From a virus (taxonomy: Duplodnaviria > Caudoviricetes): a DNA stretch of 30,629 bases. Positions 1 through 10,227 of this stretch are shown here, piece by piece. Below the pieces are notes generated by a model that had not been told where the DNA came from, made no database searches, and saw only the letters and a list, made by a program, of their open reading frames with translations. Both the position numbers and the translations under genes were made by a program. Location of the stretch: positions 1 to 30,629 of the IMG/VR virus record IMGVR_UViG_3300032257_000081. One strand, 5' to 3'. The first letter of the stretch is position 1. Each line of letters begins with the position of its first letter.

Positions 1-259
1 GCCAGGGCCAGGGCCAGATATTCAGTCCGCGCAACGTGGACACCACCAACCCGATCAGAACGACCAAGCCGCCCGATGCCTTCAGCACCGTCATCACCCG
101 ACGATTGACCTTGTAGGCCATCACCAGTTCGCGAAGCGTGGTTCCTGATTGCACCAACTTGCGCAGCTCGTCCCTGCTTTCCTTGTCCTGAAACATTTCA
201 GCCAGTGAATGCAGCGTTTTGCGCTCGTCCTGGGTGAACCCGGTTTGTTGGTCTGTCAT
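1..259 (-). CDS. Small membrane protein, holin-like (3' end runs off the window; absent from the ORF track)
   Basis: Manual translation MTDQQTGFTQDERKTLHSLAEMF...VLKASGGLVVLIGLVVSTLRGLNIWPWPW. GAGGG RBS, one hydrophobic segment, located downstream of the tail fibre genes. Confidence 0.55.
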   Translation of the reverse strand, partial: MTDQQTGFTQDERKTLHSLAEMFQDKESRDELRKLVQSGTTLRELVMAYKVNRRVMTVLKASGGLVVLIGLVVSTLRGLNIWPWPW

Positions 260-284
260 CGCCTGCCCTCTGCCTTTCCAATGG

Positions 285-734
285 TTACGATCTCGCCGCC
301 TCAGCCGCCCAAGCTGCGCGAATTGCGGCCTCACTCAGGTCAGCGTCCGGGGCGACCTTTGCGGCGATTTCCGCCACCTGAGCGACAAAATTGAGCGTGA
401 CAGACAGCTTGAAAATTTGCGCATCACGCTGGCTGCGCAAATTTGCATAGAGAGGCAAATCATTTGCTTTGGTCCGCGCCTCCACCGCATCCCACACATC
501 CTCCAGACCGGTGATGGCCAATAGGTGGGTAAACTCCCGGCGGGTCAGGTCTCGTGTTTTCGCGTCATCAGTGTTTGGCAGCGGTGGAGGAGCAAAGGTG
601 CTGCCGTCATACGACCACCCTATCTCAGCCCGTCCACTCGCCACCCAATCCTCAAAGCCGGTCGGGATCCGGGCTGGATCGAGTAGCGTGACATTGGCAA
701 CGGTGCCTTCGACTATATGTGCATATCTTTTCAT
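285..734 (-). CDS. Tail-fibre-associated protein (fibre assembly/chaperone-like)
   Basis: 149 aa directly after the fibre gene. The N-terminal YAHIVEGTVANV...IGWSYDGSTFAPP motif is typical of small proteins that follow glycine-rich fibres. Confidence 0.6.
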   Translation of the reverse strand: MKRYAHIVEGTVANVTLLDPARIPTGFEDWVASGRAEIGWSYDGSTFAPPPLPNTDDAKTRDLTRREFTHLLAITGLEDVWDAVEARTKANDLPLYANLRSQRDAQIFKLSVTLNFVAQVAEIAAKVAPDADLSEAAIRAAWAAEAARS

Positions 735-744
735 GATAATTTCC

Positions 745-2811
745 CTAAACGACGTAAACAGTCACACGGCCATCTCCACCATCGCCCGCATTCGCAACCT
801 CGGAGCCGCCACCGCCGCCGCCGGGTTGCGTTCCGTTTGTGCCAGCCAAAGTGTTCGATCCGCCGCCGCCACCATTGCCTCCGAGAGCAGAGACACCGCC
901 CGGAATAGATGAACCACCGGGTCCGGTAGCGCCCGCGCCTCCACCGCCACCAGCGCCACCCATAGCCGCGTCGCCGCCGTTGCCATTCGTGCCTGAGTAA
1001 ACCTGATCTGGTCCCCACCCACCGCCACCGCCAGATAACGCAAGGGGCGGCTTGGGCAGTTGTGAACCGCCAGCTACCGCGTCAAATCCACCAGCAGCGC
1101 CGCCAACAGTTGTCGTACCTATTCCGCCAGCACCGACAACGCTACCGCCACCACCGCCACCTCCATATGTCGACGTATTTCCCACACCGCCGCCGCCACC
1201 AAAAACGGCGAAGTCAGCTCCGAATGATGACGTCCCGCCGACACCACCATTTCCATTGTCCGAGGTTGCGCCAAGTCCGCCAGCTCCAATAGTAACGGTC
1301 TCAGAAGCACCGAGAGACGAGAGCGGCACAGTAAATTCGTGGCCGCCGCCGCCGCCTCCACCGCCGCCGCCGTCACCGGAGCCTGCGCGACCACCGCCGC
1401 CGCCGCCGCCCCAAATATGAATAATGGCCAGAGTGCCATCGGACGGTTTCGTCCACGTGCCGGAGGCGTCAAATGTCTGCGTGTCAGAAACGCCGCCTCC
1501 TGCACCAGCAGCCCAAGAGGGCAAACCACCGGCCAGCGTTAGAACCTGTTCATCCGCTCCAGCCGGCAGCCGCCCAACCCCGCCGTCGGGCTTACGGTAG
1601 TAAACGTCACCGCTTGCGTCCGACCCGATGTTTATCTTCGGAGTGCTCAGGATCGGGCTGGTCAGGGTCTTGCTGATCAATGTCTGCGTGTCAGACGTGC
1701 CAACGACCGCGCCCGTGGGAAGTCCCTTGCCCCCGTCCTTGACCAGCTTGCCGGTCGGGCCATCGAACAGCGCCACGCGGGCATCAACCGCAGATGCAGG
1801 GCCGGAAACGTCGCCGCTGCCAACAGCGTGAGTGTCGATCATAGCCTTGACGCCAGCAACGTCGGGATATTTATTCGCCGCCGTGCCTGCTGTATTTTCT
1901 GCCCCGGTCGACTTCTCAACAGCACCAATTGCAGTTGTGGTTGACGCGGGGAGCCTTGCCGCCGCAAACGTGCCGGAGGTAACATCCGTGGCTGCATGGG
2001 CGTGTGAGATTGCGGCATAGACTGTGTCGAAGTAAGATTTCAACACCGATTTGAAATTACCCCAGGTGGCGTATTTCGTCGCCCACGCTGCCGCGCTGTC
2101 GAGCAGTCCGAACTTGTCAGCGTTAACCGGCGTGGCTTTCTGTGCGGCCGCTTGGACATCGGTGGAAAACCCCACTCCGTCAGCACCTGCCGGACCAGTT
2201 GGACCGGTCGGGCCCGTTGGACCGGTCGAGCCAACAGCGCCTGTATCGCCCTTCTCGGCCAGCACGTCCCAATTGGTGGCCCAACTGCCACCGATCAGTG
2301 GCTCTGTAGACGCGCCAGAGGTGTGCGCCAAGATGCAGATATAGCTGGCACCGTTGTGCTCAACCGCATCTCGCAGAGCATAGGCTGTTGCGGTAAGCCA
2401 TGCCCCCTGCCAGTCGATTTTATCAAGAACAACAGACGCAGCAGCAGCCACGGCAGCATCTCGCGCTGCCGTGGCCTCCGCCAGTATGGAAGAGCTCATC
2501 ACGACGACGCTGTCGACAAGGTCCGCTATATCGGCGGCAGCGGCATCCGGGACCGGAACCTCGTATTTCAGATCCGGCGCGTTCGGGCGGATGGCAATCG
2601 CGTCATAGAGGCCCGGATACAGATCCGCGTCGATGGCACCGGTGCCATCGGTCATCACCGTGAAGCTGCGCGGAACCTCGACCACCCGGTCGCCGCCGGT
2701 GCCCTGGTAGCCGACATTGCCACGGCGCGTGAACAGCATCGCCGTGTTCAGCAGCGGGTTTCCTTCGGAATCGTGAAAGACTCCCGTGAGATTGCACAGG
2801 GTAATTGCCAT
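745..2811 (-). CDS. Tail fibre protein with CBM5/12-like motif, short collagen-like repeat and C-terminal glycine-rich domain
   Basis: 688 aa. Motifs WQGAWLTATAYALRDAVEHNGASYICILAHTS, GPTGPTGPTGPAGADG and TFDASGTWTKP...IWGGGGGG...GDGGDGRVTVYVV. Confidence 0.85.
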   Translation of the reverse strand: MAITLCNLTGVFHDSEGNPLLNTAMLFTRRGNVGYQGTGGDRVVEVPRSFTVMTDGTGAIDADLYPGLYDAIAIRPNAPDLKYEVPVPDAAAADIADLVDSVVVMSSSILAEATAARDAAVAAAASVVLDKIDWQGAWLTATAYALRDAVEHNGASYICILAHTSGASTEPLIGGSWATNWDVLAEKGDTGAVGSTGPTGPTGPTGPAGADGVGFSTDVQAAAQKATPVNADKFGLLDSAAAWATKYATWGNFKSVLKSYFDTVYAAISHAHAATDVTSGTFAAARLPASTTTAIGAVEKSTGAENTAGTAANKYPDVAGVKAMIDTHAVGSGDVSGPASAVDARVALFDGPTGKLVKDGGKGLPTGAVVGTSDTQTLISKTLTSPILSTPKINIGSDASGDVYYRKPDGGVGRLPAGADEQVLTLAGGLPSWAAGAGGGVSDTQTFDASGTWTKPSDGTLAIIHIWGGGGGGGRAGSGDGGGGGGGGGGHEFTVPLSSLGASETVTIGAGGLGATSDNGNGGVGGTSSFGADFAVFGGGGGVGNTSTYGGGGGGGSVVGAGGIGTTTVGGAAGGFDAVAGGSQLPKPPLALSGGGGGWGPDQVYSGTNGNGGDAAMGGAGGGGGAGATGPGGSSIPGGVSALGGNGGGGGSNTLAGTNGTQPGGGGGGSEVANAGDGGDGRVTVYVV

Positions 2812-2834
2812 CTGATTTTCCTATTATTCGGTTT

Positions 2835-3800
2835 TCAGAGATACACGTCGACCTGGCCGCGTGCGCCAAGGCCACTGGATCGACCGCCGCCGCCGCCAGG
2901 GATCTGGCCATTCTCACCGCTACCGCCACCATTTCCCGCGCGCATCGACACACCTGCAGTGATTCCACCGCCGCCGCCGCCCTGAAAGGCATCGCCTCCG
3001 TCGCCACCGCTGCCGCCGCCGCCGCCGCCGCCCCACGCGCTGCTGGCGTTCCCGCCCGACGCACTCAGACCAGCGGCTCCTGCACCGCCACTACCGGTGC
3101 CCAAAAACCCGCCGCCACTTCCACCGTTAACGCTGTAGCCATTCGACCCCGAATAGGCGGTCAGCAAAGAACCAAACAGAGAATGTGACCCCGCGCCGCC
3201 GCCCGGAACGGTCACCGCAACGCTCGACGGGAGATCGCCTAGGCGACCAATCCAGAATGCCGCCCCCCCGCCGCCGCCACCTGATGCGGAAACCCCATTC
3301 CCACCAGGACCGACCGCAATGATCGTAACCAGCGTGTCATTGCTGAGCCCCGCCGGTTTCGTCCAGGTGCCATTGGCAATGAAGCGCCACTGATATCGGG
3401 GCTGGCCAACCGCCGCGCCAAGCGAGATCGAGGACAGCACAACCCAATTGCTGCCGACACGTTCGGCCAGAACACGCATACCTGCTGGCACGGCTCCGGC
3501 CGCAAGCGCCGATCCCTGCGCGTCCAGAACCGGTGCCGCCGATCCACTGTTCAGCGCCATGGTGACAGAGCCTGTGTTGGTTGTGCCCTGCGTCCAGGTT
3601 ACCTTCATGCCCGTCACGGGGCCGGCGTCCAGAAACTCTGCATCAACCGTGCCGGTGACTGCATTGGCGGTGCCGCCGATGCTGGAGATCGGGAAGCTGC
3701 CCGCATCCAGCAGCCGGTCCAGATGCGCCCCGGTTTCGTCCATGTAGTCGTCGCCTGCGACATTCCCCACGGTTGCCGAAGTGGTGGTTGTTCTCGTCAT
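2835..3800 (-). CDS. Second glycine-rich tail/fibre protein
   Basis: Start placed at the ATGA overlap with the upstream stop. N-terminal GGTANAVT...TTNTGSVTMALN fibre-base motif, then FIANGTWTKP...GARGQVDVYL glycine-rich domain. Confidence 0.8.
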   Translation of the reverse strand: MTRTTTTSATVGNVAGDDYMDETGAHLDRLLDAGSFPISSIGGTANAVTGTVDAEFLDAGPVTGMKVTWTQGTTNTGSVTMALNSGSAAPVLDAQGSALAAGAVPAGMRVLAERVGSNWVVLSSISLGAAVGQPRYQWRFIANGTWTKPAGLSNDTLVTIIAVGPGGNGVSASGGGGGGAAFWIGRLGDLPSSVAVTVPGGGAGSHSLFGSLLTAYSGSNGYSVNGGSGGGFLGTGSGGAGAAGLSASGGNASSAWGGGGGGGSGGDGGDAFQGGGGGGITAGVSMRAGNGGGSGENGQIPGGGGGRSSGLGARGQVDVYL

Positions 3801-6454
3801 GCCCATAACTCCGGTGCTTCGTCGATGAAAGTCAGCTGCGCGCTAAACTCGTCCTGCGGTGTCACATCCGACACCAGCAGCCGGTCATATTCGCGCCCCA
3901 CCGGTCCCACGATGACCAGCAGATCCTCTGCCACGCCGCTGGTCGCCGGGGTCGCCAGCGTCAGCGTGTCGGGCTGGCCTGTTGCGTTCGACAGCGTGTG
4001 CAGTTCGGTTGTGCCATCAGCCAGACGCAGCACCATGCCGCTGGTGATGCCAACGGCGCGCATATCTGCCACCGCGTGCAAGTCGGCCACAGCGTGCATG
4101 TCAGGTTCATTGGTGATCGGCACGGTGCTATCCAGCGTGACGCCGGTCAGGTTGCCGCCCGATTTGGTCCACCCAACCACCCGACCCTGGCCGGTATGTT
4201 CCGACAGCGTGTCATGCTCGACGCCGACCAGGTCGCCGCGCCGAACCGCAATCGCCTCGGGCGGCACTGTCAAGCTGTAGCTGGTTGCCTGCTTGCGCTG
4301 CGCACCAAGGTCGAACGCCGCGCGGCGGCGCACCTCCGCCTCGGTCACTTCCTCATATTCGCGCTGGATCAGCAGCCCGCCCACGGCGCTGTCCGGCACC
4401 ACGATCTGGCGCTCGGCATAGTCGCGACCGCGATCGCGAAACACCGCCCGGATACCATCGGGGGTCTCGGGAAAGGCCCGGCTAAAACTGAACCCCCGGG
4501 AATTGGCAGGCGTGAAGATATAGACCGGATCATCGGCGCTGGTATCCTTGCCAATGACCACGCCCCAGGTATTGGACTGCCGGACCGCTGAAAACCCTGC
4601 CGCCGCGACCAATCGGGCCGCGCTGTCGACCGTGCCGCCTTCGACGATGGAATTGATCTCATACCCCTGCACCGCGCATTCGGTACGCCAGGCGACCAAA
4701 TCGTCCTCATCCAAAATATCGACCGGCACCGGGTTGGCGTTCAGATCGCCCGCGTAGACATCGCGCAAATGCGGGGCGGGGTTCGAGGTGGTGGTCCAAG
4801 TCGACCACGCCGATCCATCCCAATCCCGCACATATCCAGACGCCTCGACCGACAGGGGGCCGAGCTGCCGGTTGCGCGCGCGCAGCGCGATCAGCGCGAA
4901 ATCATCGGTCTGGACCGGATGTTCGTTCCATATGTTCGAGGCCCGGACCACGGCCAGCGTCGCGGCAAGGTCCGATTGTTCGCGAACCACCGATTGGATG
5001 CCAGCGCCTTGCGTTCCGAAAAGGTCCCAGACTGTGCCGCTGACCTCGTAATCGGCGCTGTCATAGGTAGTGTCCAGCACCACCGCCCCGCGCTTGATCT
5101 CGATCTCGTAACGGCCCCTTGGGAAGGTCGCCGTGTCCAGCGTGATCACTGCCTCGTGGCGCGACAGAACCACGTTTTCCACGCCCGTGCTGTTCAGGTT
5201 GCCGACCGCAAGATAGTCATCGCCGCCACTGCCAAAGCTCGCATCCGCCGTGTAATCGGCGCTGGCCGGTGTCTCGGTCTGTCCCGGCGACACCTTGCGC
5301 GCCTCGACGAACCCCGCGCCCGCCGCGGCGTTGACCTGCACCACCGGGCTGTCCACCCATTGCAGCTTGATCGTCGCGCGGATCTCGCGCAGCGCCACGC
5401 CAACATGGTGGATCTCAGGCAGGTTGCTCCAGCTGGTGGTGCCGACCGCGCGGATGCGCAGGCGGATCGGCACCCGCAACCTGATCTTGTCGTCTCCGTT
5501 CTGGTGCAAGCCCTGCGGCCAGTTCAGCGCGATCCAGAATTCATCCGGTTCGGTGCGCGTGGCCAACGCCACGGGCTGCGGCAGATACCCACCATCAGCC
5601 GTGTCATCGACGCTGACACCATCCTCGCGCAGGACATGCCCCCGCATTTCGGAGCGCACATCATCGCTCAGGGACTGGCGCGTCACCAGCGCCAGGCGTG
5701 CATCGCCTGGCCAACCCTCGCGGATCTCATATGCCAGCCCAGGCATGTCACCGATCGAGGCCTGACCGAACCGGATATCGCTCAGATCATGCGGCCCTGC
5801 CAGCAGATACACCGCCTCGACCATCTCATCTTCGCCATCATAATAGACCAGCGGCTGACAGGCGAAGGGCGGAAACACCTTGCGCGTGCCGATCACCCGT
5901 GGCGCGGCCCCGTTCGGTGACAGCACATTGCCATCCGCACTGGCCACACCGGCACTGCGCGCCGCATCCATGGCCCCCTGCCCCGGCACCCCCGGGGCAG
6001 GTGCAAGCCCGCCGATCAGCGCCTGACCGGCCAGGGCCAGTCCGGCACCGGCAAGCTGCGCGCCGATGCCGCCCGCTGCAAATGCATCCGCCCCAAAGGT
6101 CAGCCCGGCAAGCGTCTTTCCCGCCAGGCCGCCGCCCGTGACCCAACCGACCGCGCCAAGCAGCGCGATCGAGGCCACCAGCGCCAACACATTCTTGCCG
6201 CCGTCATCGCCGCCCATCAGGTGGGCGTGAAACGTGACCTCTGTCACCGTCGCAGCTTTCGGTCTGATGCAGTGCCAATGTGCGCGATCGACCGGATACC
6301 CGTTGATGCAGATGATGCCTTCGGCCATGAACTCGGGCGGCAGGCCGGGCATCCGCTCAGCCATTTGCAACAGTGTCAGATGTTCCGACAGGTCCAGCGC
6401 TGCGACCGGCCCCAATCCGAAGGGCGTCCGGTAGGTGACGGGAATATCAGGCAT
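3797..6454 (-). CDS. Tail tip / host-specificity protein (lambda J-like, with an I-like N-terminus)
   Basis: 885 aa after NlpC/P60. Motifs PRVIGTRKVFPP, WTTTSNPA, and VRRGDLVGVEHD near the C-terminus. Confidence 0.85.
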   Translation of the reverse strand: MPDIPVTYRTPFGLGPVAALDLSEHLTLLQMAERMPGLPPEFMAEGIICINGYPVDRAHWHCIRPKAATVTEVTFHAHLMGGDDGGKNVLALVASIALLGAVGWVTGGGLAGKTLAGLTFGADAFAAGGIGAQLAGAGLALAGQALIGGLAPAPGVPGQGAMDAARSAGVASADGNVLSPNGAAPRVIGTRKVFPPFACQPLVYYDGEDEMVEAVYLLAGPHDLSDIRFGQASIGDMPGLAYEIREGWPGDARLALVTRQSLSDDVRSEMRGHVLREDGVSVDDTADGGYLPQPVALATRTEPDEFWIALNWPQGLHQNGDDKIRLRVPIRLRIRAVGTTSWSNLPEIHHVGVALREIRATIKLQWVDSPVVQVNAAAGAGFVEARKVSPGQTETPASADYTADASFGSGGDDYLAVGNLNSTGVENVVLSRHEAVITLDTATFPRGRYEIEIKRGAVVLDTTYDSADYEVSGTVWDLFGTQGAGIQSVVREQSDLAATLAVVRASNIWNEHPVQTDDFALIALRARNRQLGPLSVEASGYVRDWDGSAWSTWTTTSNPAPHLRDVYAGDLNANPVPVDILDEDDLVAWRTECAVQGYEINSIVEGGTVDSAARLVAAAGFSAVRQSNTWGVVIGKDTSADDPVYIFTPANSRGFSFSRAFPETPDGIRAVFRDRGRDYAERQIVVPDSAVGGLLIQREYEEVTEAEVRRRAAFDLGAQRKQATSYSLTVPPEAIAVRRGDLVGVEHDTLSEHTGQGRVVGWTKSGGNLTGVTLDSTVPITNEPDMHAVADLHAVADMRAVGITSGMVLRLADGTTELHTLSNATGQPDTLTLATPATSGVAEDLLVIVGPVGREYDRLLVSDVTPQDEFSAQLTFIDEAPELWA

Positions 6455-6869
6455 CGATCAACCCTTGGGAAATATGGCGTTGGACGCCCAACACGCGCCC
6501 GCGCAGAAACTCATGAGCCAGGGGCATCACGCAGACATTGGTGGCGCGCCAGACATGCAGAACGCGGGTGGCGTCGATCATCACGCCGACATGGCCAGGC
6601 AAGCGCGCGCCTGCCCGCGACGTGGCCACCATCACGTCGTAGACACGCGGATCGCCCGTCACCGCGCGCCATGGCCCGGCATCGCAGCCTTCGATCATCG
6701 CTGTGGCGATGCGGCGCAGATCCTTCGGCGCAATCTCGGAGAATTCGGGCAGATCGATGCCGAGGTTGCGCGCGTAGACCAGCCGCACCAACCCCCAACA
6801 ATCGAGTCCGGACATGTCCCTGCCGCCGTCGCGGTAAACCGCGCCAATATATGTGCCCCACCATGTCAT
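6447..6869 (-). CDS. NlpC/P60 family tail assembly protein (lambda K-like)
   Basis: GRDMSGLDCWGLVRLVY catalytic Cys motif and HVGV...VLH. Confidence 0.92.
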   Translation of the reverse strand: MTWWGTYIGAVYRDGGRDMSGLDCWGLVRLVYARNLGIDLPEFSEIAPKDLRRIATAMIEGCDAGPWRAVTGDPRVYDVMVATSRAGARLPGHVGVMIDATRVLHVWRATNVCVMPLAHEFLRGRVLGVQRHISQGLIDA

Positions 6870-6875
6870 GCGGAT

Positions 6876-7379
6876 CTACCGGAACAACCCCGGCAGGCGG
6901 TCCTGTGTGGCATGTGTCACTGGCCAGGGCTGCTGGCTGAAATCGCGCAGCATAACGGTTGCTTCGGCTCTGGTTTCATCGACCTCGATATCGGTAATCT
7001 CGAACTGCCGCATCTGGTAGATCACCGCAGGCGTCACCGCTTCCGTCCGTGGATCGGTGCTGAGGTCGAAATCGGCCGAGCTGAGTATCTCAAGTGTTGC
7101 TGTGGCACGGCGTGTCGCTCTGCGCACCGCCTGCCCGATGCGCCGATCCACATTGGGCACGGTCAGCATCGTGCGCGGCGGGCCAGCACTGTCGGGCAGC
7201 AAGCGATAACCAAACATGCAAGCGGTCCATGTTTCGCCCGCGCGGCTGTAATCCAGCACATCGGCCACCAGCCGGACATCATCCTGCAGGCCCGGATGCG
7301 TAATGCGCAGAAACGGGATCAGCGCAACCGGGCTGGACAGTCGGTTCAACTCGGTCTTCTGATCGGTGCTCAACGCCAT
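6876..7379 (-). CDS. Minor tail protein (DUF1833-like, lambda L position)
   Basis: Start at a TGATG overlap (MALSTDQK). Motifs LRITHPGL...VRLV, LTVPNVDRRI and terminal LPGLF. Confidence 0.75.
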   Translation of the reverse strand: MALSTDQKTELNRLSSPVALIPFLRITHPGLQDDVRLVADVLDYSRAGETWTACMFGYRLLPDSAGPPRTMLTVPNVDRRIGQAVRRATRRATATLEILSSADFDLSTDPRTEAVTPAVIYQMRQFEITDIEVDETRAEATVMLRDFSQQPWPVTHATQDRLPGLFR

Positions 7380-7834
7380 CAGAGCGCATCCCATGCGGTC
7401 CGATCGACCACCTGCATATATCCGTTTGCCGTGGTCAGGTATTGCGCCCAGGGCGGAGTGAAATCGTAAATTATTAGGGTGAGCGTGAGCTTTACCAACA
7501 GGCCCACTTTCTCCATTCGGTATGGATTCTGCTTCGGTGCAAAATACATTGCCCGGATTTCCTTTCGCAGGGGAAATTCCCAGGCAAATGGGTAAACAAA
7601 GCCGCCAAGATCGTTCTCGCCGAAATCCAGAAATGCTTCAAACTGTGCGGCTGTCATTGGTGGCAAGGGTGCAGACCATGACAAAAGGGGTGTCGTAGTC
7701 TTGCGGCGCATAATTGCCGAACCTGAATCCGGTTGGAAGGTCAGGCGGTTATCCAACCTGTCAACCTGTCCCGATGATACAATGGCTGCTTGAGGCAATG
7801 AACTCGGCCAGAGCGCAGGCTTTGCTAAACTCAT
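7379..7834 (-). CDS. Distal tail protein (lambda M position)
   Basis: 151 aa immediately after the tape measure gene. WPSSLPQ...FQPDSG...RRK motif. Confidence 0.7.
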   Translation of the reverse strand: MSLAKPALWPSSLPQAAIVSSGQVDRLDNRLTFQPDSGSAIMRRKTTTPLLSWSAPLPPMTAAQFEAFLDFGENDLGGFVYPFAWEFPLRKEIRAMYFAPKQNPYRMEKVGLLVKLTLTLIIYDFTPPWAQYLTTANGYMQVVDRTAWDAL

Positions 7835-10227
7835 CTCTGAATTGGCCTCGGCGACCCGCCAAACCTGCGCAGCGATTGGTCAAATTCACCACGCCCAAAC
7901 GCGTCTTGCACCGTTTTGATCATCACCCGCTCCATGACCCGCCCGTCCGAGACCCTTTCCGTCGATTTCTGTACATCCACACCGGCATGATCCTCGATCA
8001 CCGTGTTGACCTGAAGAACTGTGTTGCCACCCGTTGCGGGAACATCCAGCCTGCCGCCCATCCGAGTCCCGACGGACTTGGTCAAATCCAGCACACGCTC
8101 ATTGGGATGCACCATCGCCATGAAGCCACCTTTGCCATCCAGCCCGCCGGTCCGTGCACCGTTGCCGGTGTCGCCACCGCCCTCGAAGTTTGGAAACAAC
8201 GCGCCAAGCAGACCGCCGAAATCCCCGCCGCCCGCACCTGCGAACATACCCTGACCAAACAGCAGATATTCGATCGCCGCGCGCTTGATAGCTTCCTTGA
8301 GGTTATCGAACGCATCTGCGCCGCCCATGGCCGCGTCGATGATGGAGCTTCTCAGAGTCCGGTTCAGTTCGCCAAAGCGGCTGTATTGCGCGGTCAACTG
8401 ATCCATTCGGCGGCCATATGTCTCCTGATCAATCGCCCCGGATTCGAAGAGGTCGTTTAGTTCCGCCAGTTCTTCAGCGTAAAGCTCCGCCTCGGTGCGG
8501 GTTTCGCGGAAGATCCGCGCAGCTTCCTCCAGCGCGTCGTTCTGTTCATTGATGGCACTGGTTCCGCCGCCCCCACCGCCACCTTCACGTGGCGGGCGGT
8601 AGGTCGCAATAAACTGCAACGCGGAAGAGTTCCGCCAATCGTCGAATCCACCACCCTGCTGGCGTGGATCGCCACCACGGCCGCCGCCGACACCGGGGTT
8701 CTCACCCGGAACACCCTGCGGTCCGAATGAGGTCAGGATCCGCGCGGTTTCCAAAGAGATGCCAAGCCATTCCGCAAGCCGCGCCGCCGACGCCTCAGCC
8801 TCGTCAAAACTGATCCCCCCCGCAATTGCAGCCAGCCGTTCCCCAAGTTCGACCGGCACCACCAACCCGTCGCCCAGATCGACCATGCCATCGACGGCAT
8901 TGTCGATCCCATCTTCCAGCGAAGCAATAACCGCATCAAGTGCGGCTACCTCCGCGCGGGTCTCCGCAGTTCCTTCGGCGGCCATATCCAGAAGATCACG
9001 CTGCAGGTTCAGCGCCTCCAATAGGCTTTGCTCTGCCTCTGCGTAGGCGTCCCGGAATTGCGCTGGAACATCAGCCAGATCAGACCCCGCTGGAGCCTTA
9101 CTTCGCATATATGCTTCGGCATTTGCGCGATCCAGCAGCGCGCCCTGATAGGCGTCTGACTGCATCATATCCACTCGGATCTGTTCATACCCAAGTGCGA
9201 TCTGGGCCCGTCGCCCTCGGGCTTCCTGCAGGCGGGCGCGTGCTGCTCCCAATGTCAGAACCGTGTTCTGTTCAATGATCGCGCGCATCCGCTGCGACTG
9301 GGTCATTTCATCACCCATCGCCAGTGTCACATTATCGATCGCCACCTGAAACTGTTGCGCGGCCGCTGTGGCATTGGTTTGCGCGCGTGGCAGGCTATCG
9401 AAAACCCGCGTGATCAACTCGATACCCGCCCCCGCCATGCGGGCGAGGCCAGACAGCAGCTCGGTCGCACCGGTCAGCAGCGGAGCCAGCGCAATCAGCG
9501 CCGTTGCCAGATCGGCGCGGATGACCCGGCTCATCAGATCCAGCTCATTCTGCGCATCTTCGGCCTGCCGGATCACGGAATCCTCGATCACGCCCCCGGC
9601 GGCCCGGGCCGCCTCGCGCATCTCGTCAAGGCCAGCGGATCCGTCGCGCAGCATGTTGACCAGCGCCACGCCTTCGCTGTCAAAGAGCCGCATCGCGATC
9701 CGGTTGCGATCGGTCTGGTTTCCCAGGCCCGACATGCTATCGGCCACATCGCCAAGGACATCCTCGATCGACCGCGCCGCGCCATCCAGACCGACCAGCT
9801 GGATGCCCATCTCTTCCAGCGCACCGGCGGCCTCCCCACTGCCCTGGCGTGCTTCGGCCAACCGGCGGCCAAAGCGCTGCATCGCCATGTCCAGCGTCTG
9901 AGAGGATACGCCGGCGGCCTCGCCTGCAATCCGCAGCTCTTGCAGGGCCTCGGTCGTCAGGCCAAGCCGATCGGCCGTCTTGCCGATATTATCGAGATCG
10001 GCCACAATACTGCGCAACGCACTGATGCCGCCCAGGGCGACAAGCGCGGGCAACAGGCGGCGCGCGGCGGTGCGGACCATGGCAAAGTTGCGGCTGGTGC
10101 CGGACATGCTCTGCCGGCTGCGCCGCTCCATCCGTTCCATCTTGCGAATGGCACGATCCATGACGCGCTGAAACTCACGGTCACGTGCGGCCAGAACAAT
10201 ATTCAGCCTGTCGGCGTCAGCACTCAT
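7831..10227 (-). CDS. Tail tape measure protein
   Basis: 798 aa, Ala-rich and helical. Motifs IGKTADRLGLTTEALQELR and FEGGGDTG...GGLDGKGGFMAMVHPNERV. Follows the tail chaperones. Confidence 0.93.
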   Translation of the reverse strand: MSADADRLNIVLAARDREFQRVMDRAIRKMERMERRSRQSMSGTSRNFAMVRTAARRLLPALVALGGISALRSIVADLDNIGKTADRLGLTTEALQELRIAGEAAGVSSQTLDMAMQRFGRRLAEARQGSGEAAGALEEMGIQLVGLDGAARSIEDVLGDVADSMSGLGNQTDRNRIAMRLFDSEGVALVNMLRDGSAGLDEMREAARAAGGVIEDSVIRQAEDAQNELDLMSRVIRADLATALIALAPLLTGATELLSGLARMAGAGIELITRVFDSLPRAQTNATAAAQQFQVAIDNVTLAMGDEMTQSQRMRAIIEQNTVLTLGAARARLQEARGRRAQIALGYEQIRVDMMQSDAYQGALLDRANAEAYMRSKAPAGSDLADVPAQFRDAYAEAEQSLLEALNLQRDLLDMAAEGTAETRAEVAALDAVIASLEDGIDNAVDGMVDLGDGLVVPVELGERLAAIAGGISFDEAEASAARLAEWLGISLETARILTSFGPQGVPGENPGVGGGRGGDPRQQGGGFDDWRNSSALQFIATYRPPREGGGGGGGTSAINEQNDALEEAARIFRETRTEAELYAEELAELNDLFESGAIDQETYGRRMDQLTAQYSRFGELNRTLRSSIIDAAMGGADAFDNLKEAIKRAAIEYLLFGQGMFAGAGGGDFGGLLGALFPNFEGGGDTGNGARTGGLDGKGGFMAMVHPNERVLDLTKSVGTRMGGRLDVPATGGNTVLQVNTVIEDHAGVDVQKSTERVSDGRVMERVMIKTVQDAFGRGEFDQSLRRFGGSPRPIQR

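Noticed and set aside
745-3800. Diversity-generating retroelement or invertible fibre cassette
   Set aside because: No reverse transcriptase or invertase in the window, and no near-identical TR/VR pair or inverted crossover sites seen. The GCC repeats simply encode glycine runs.
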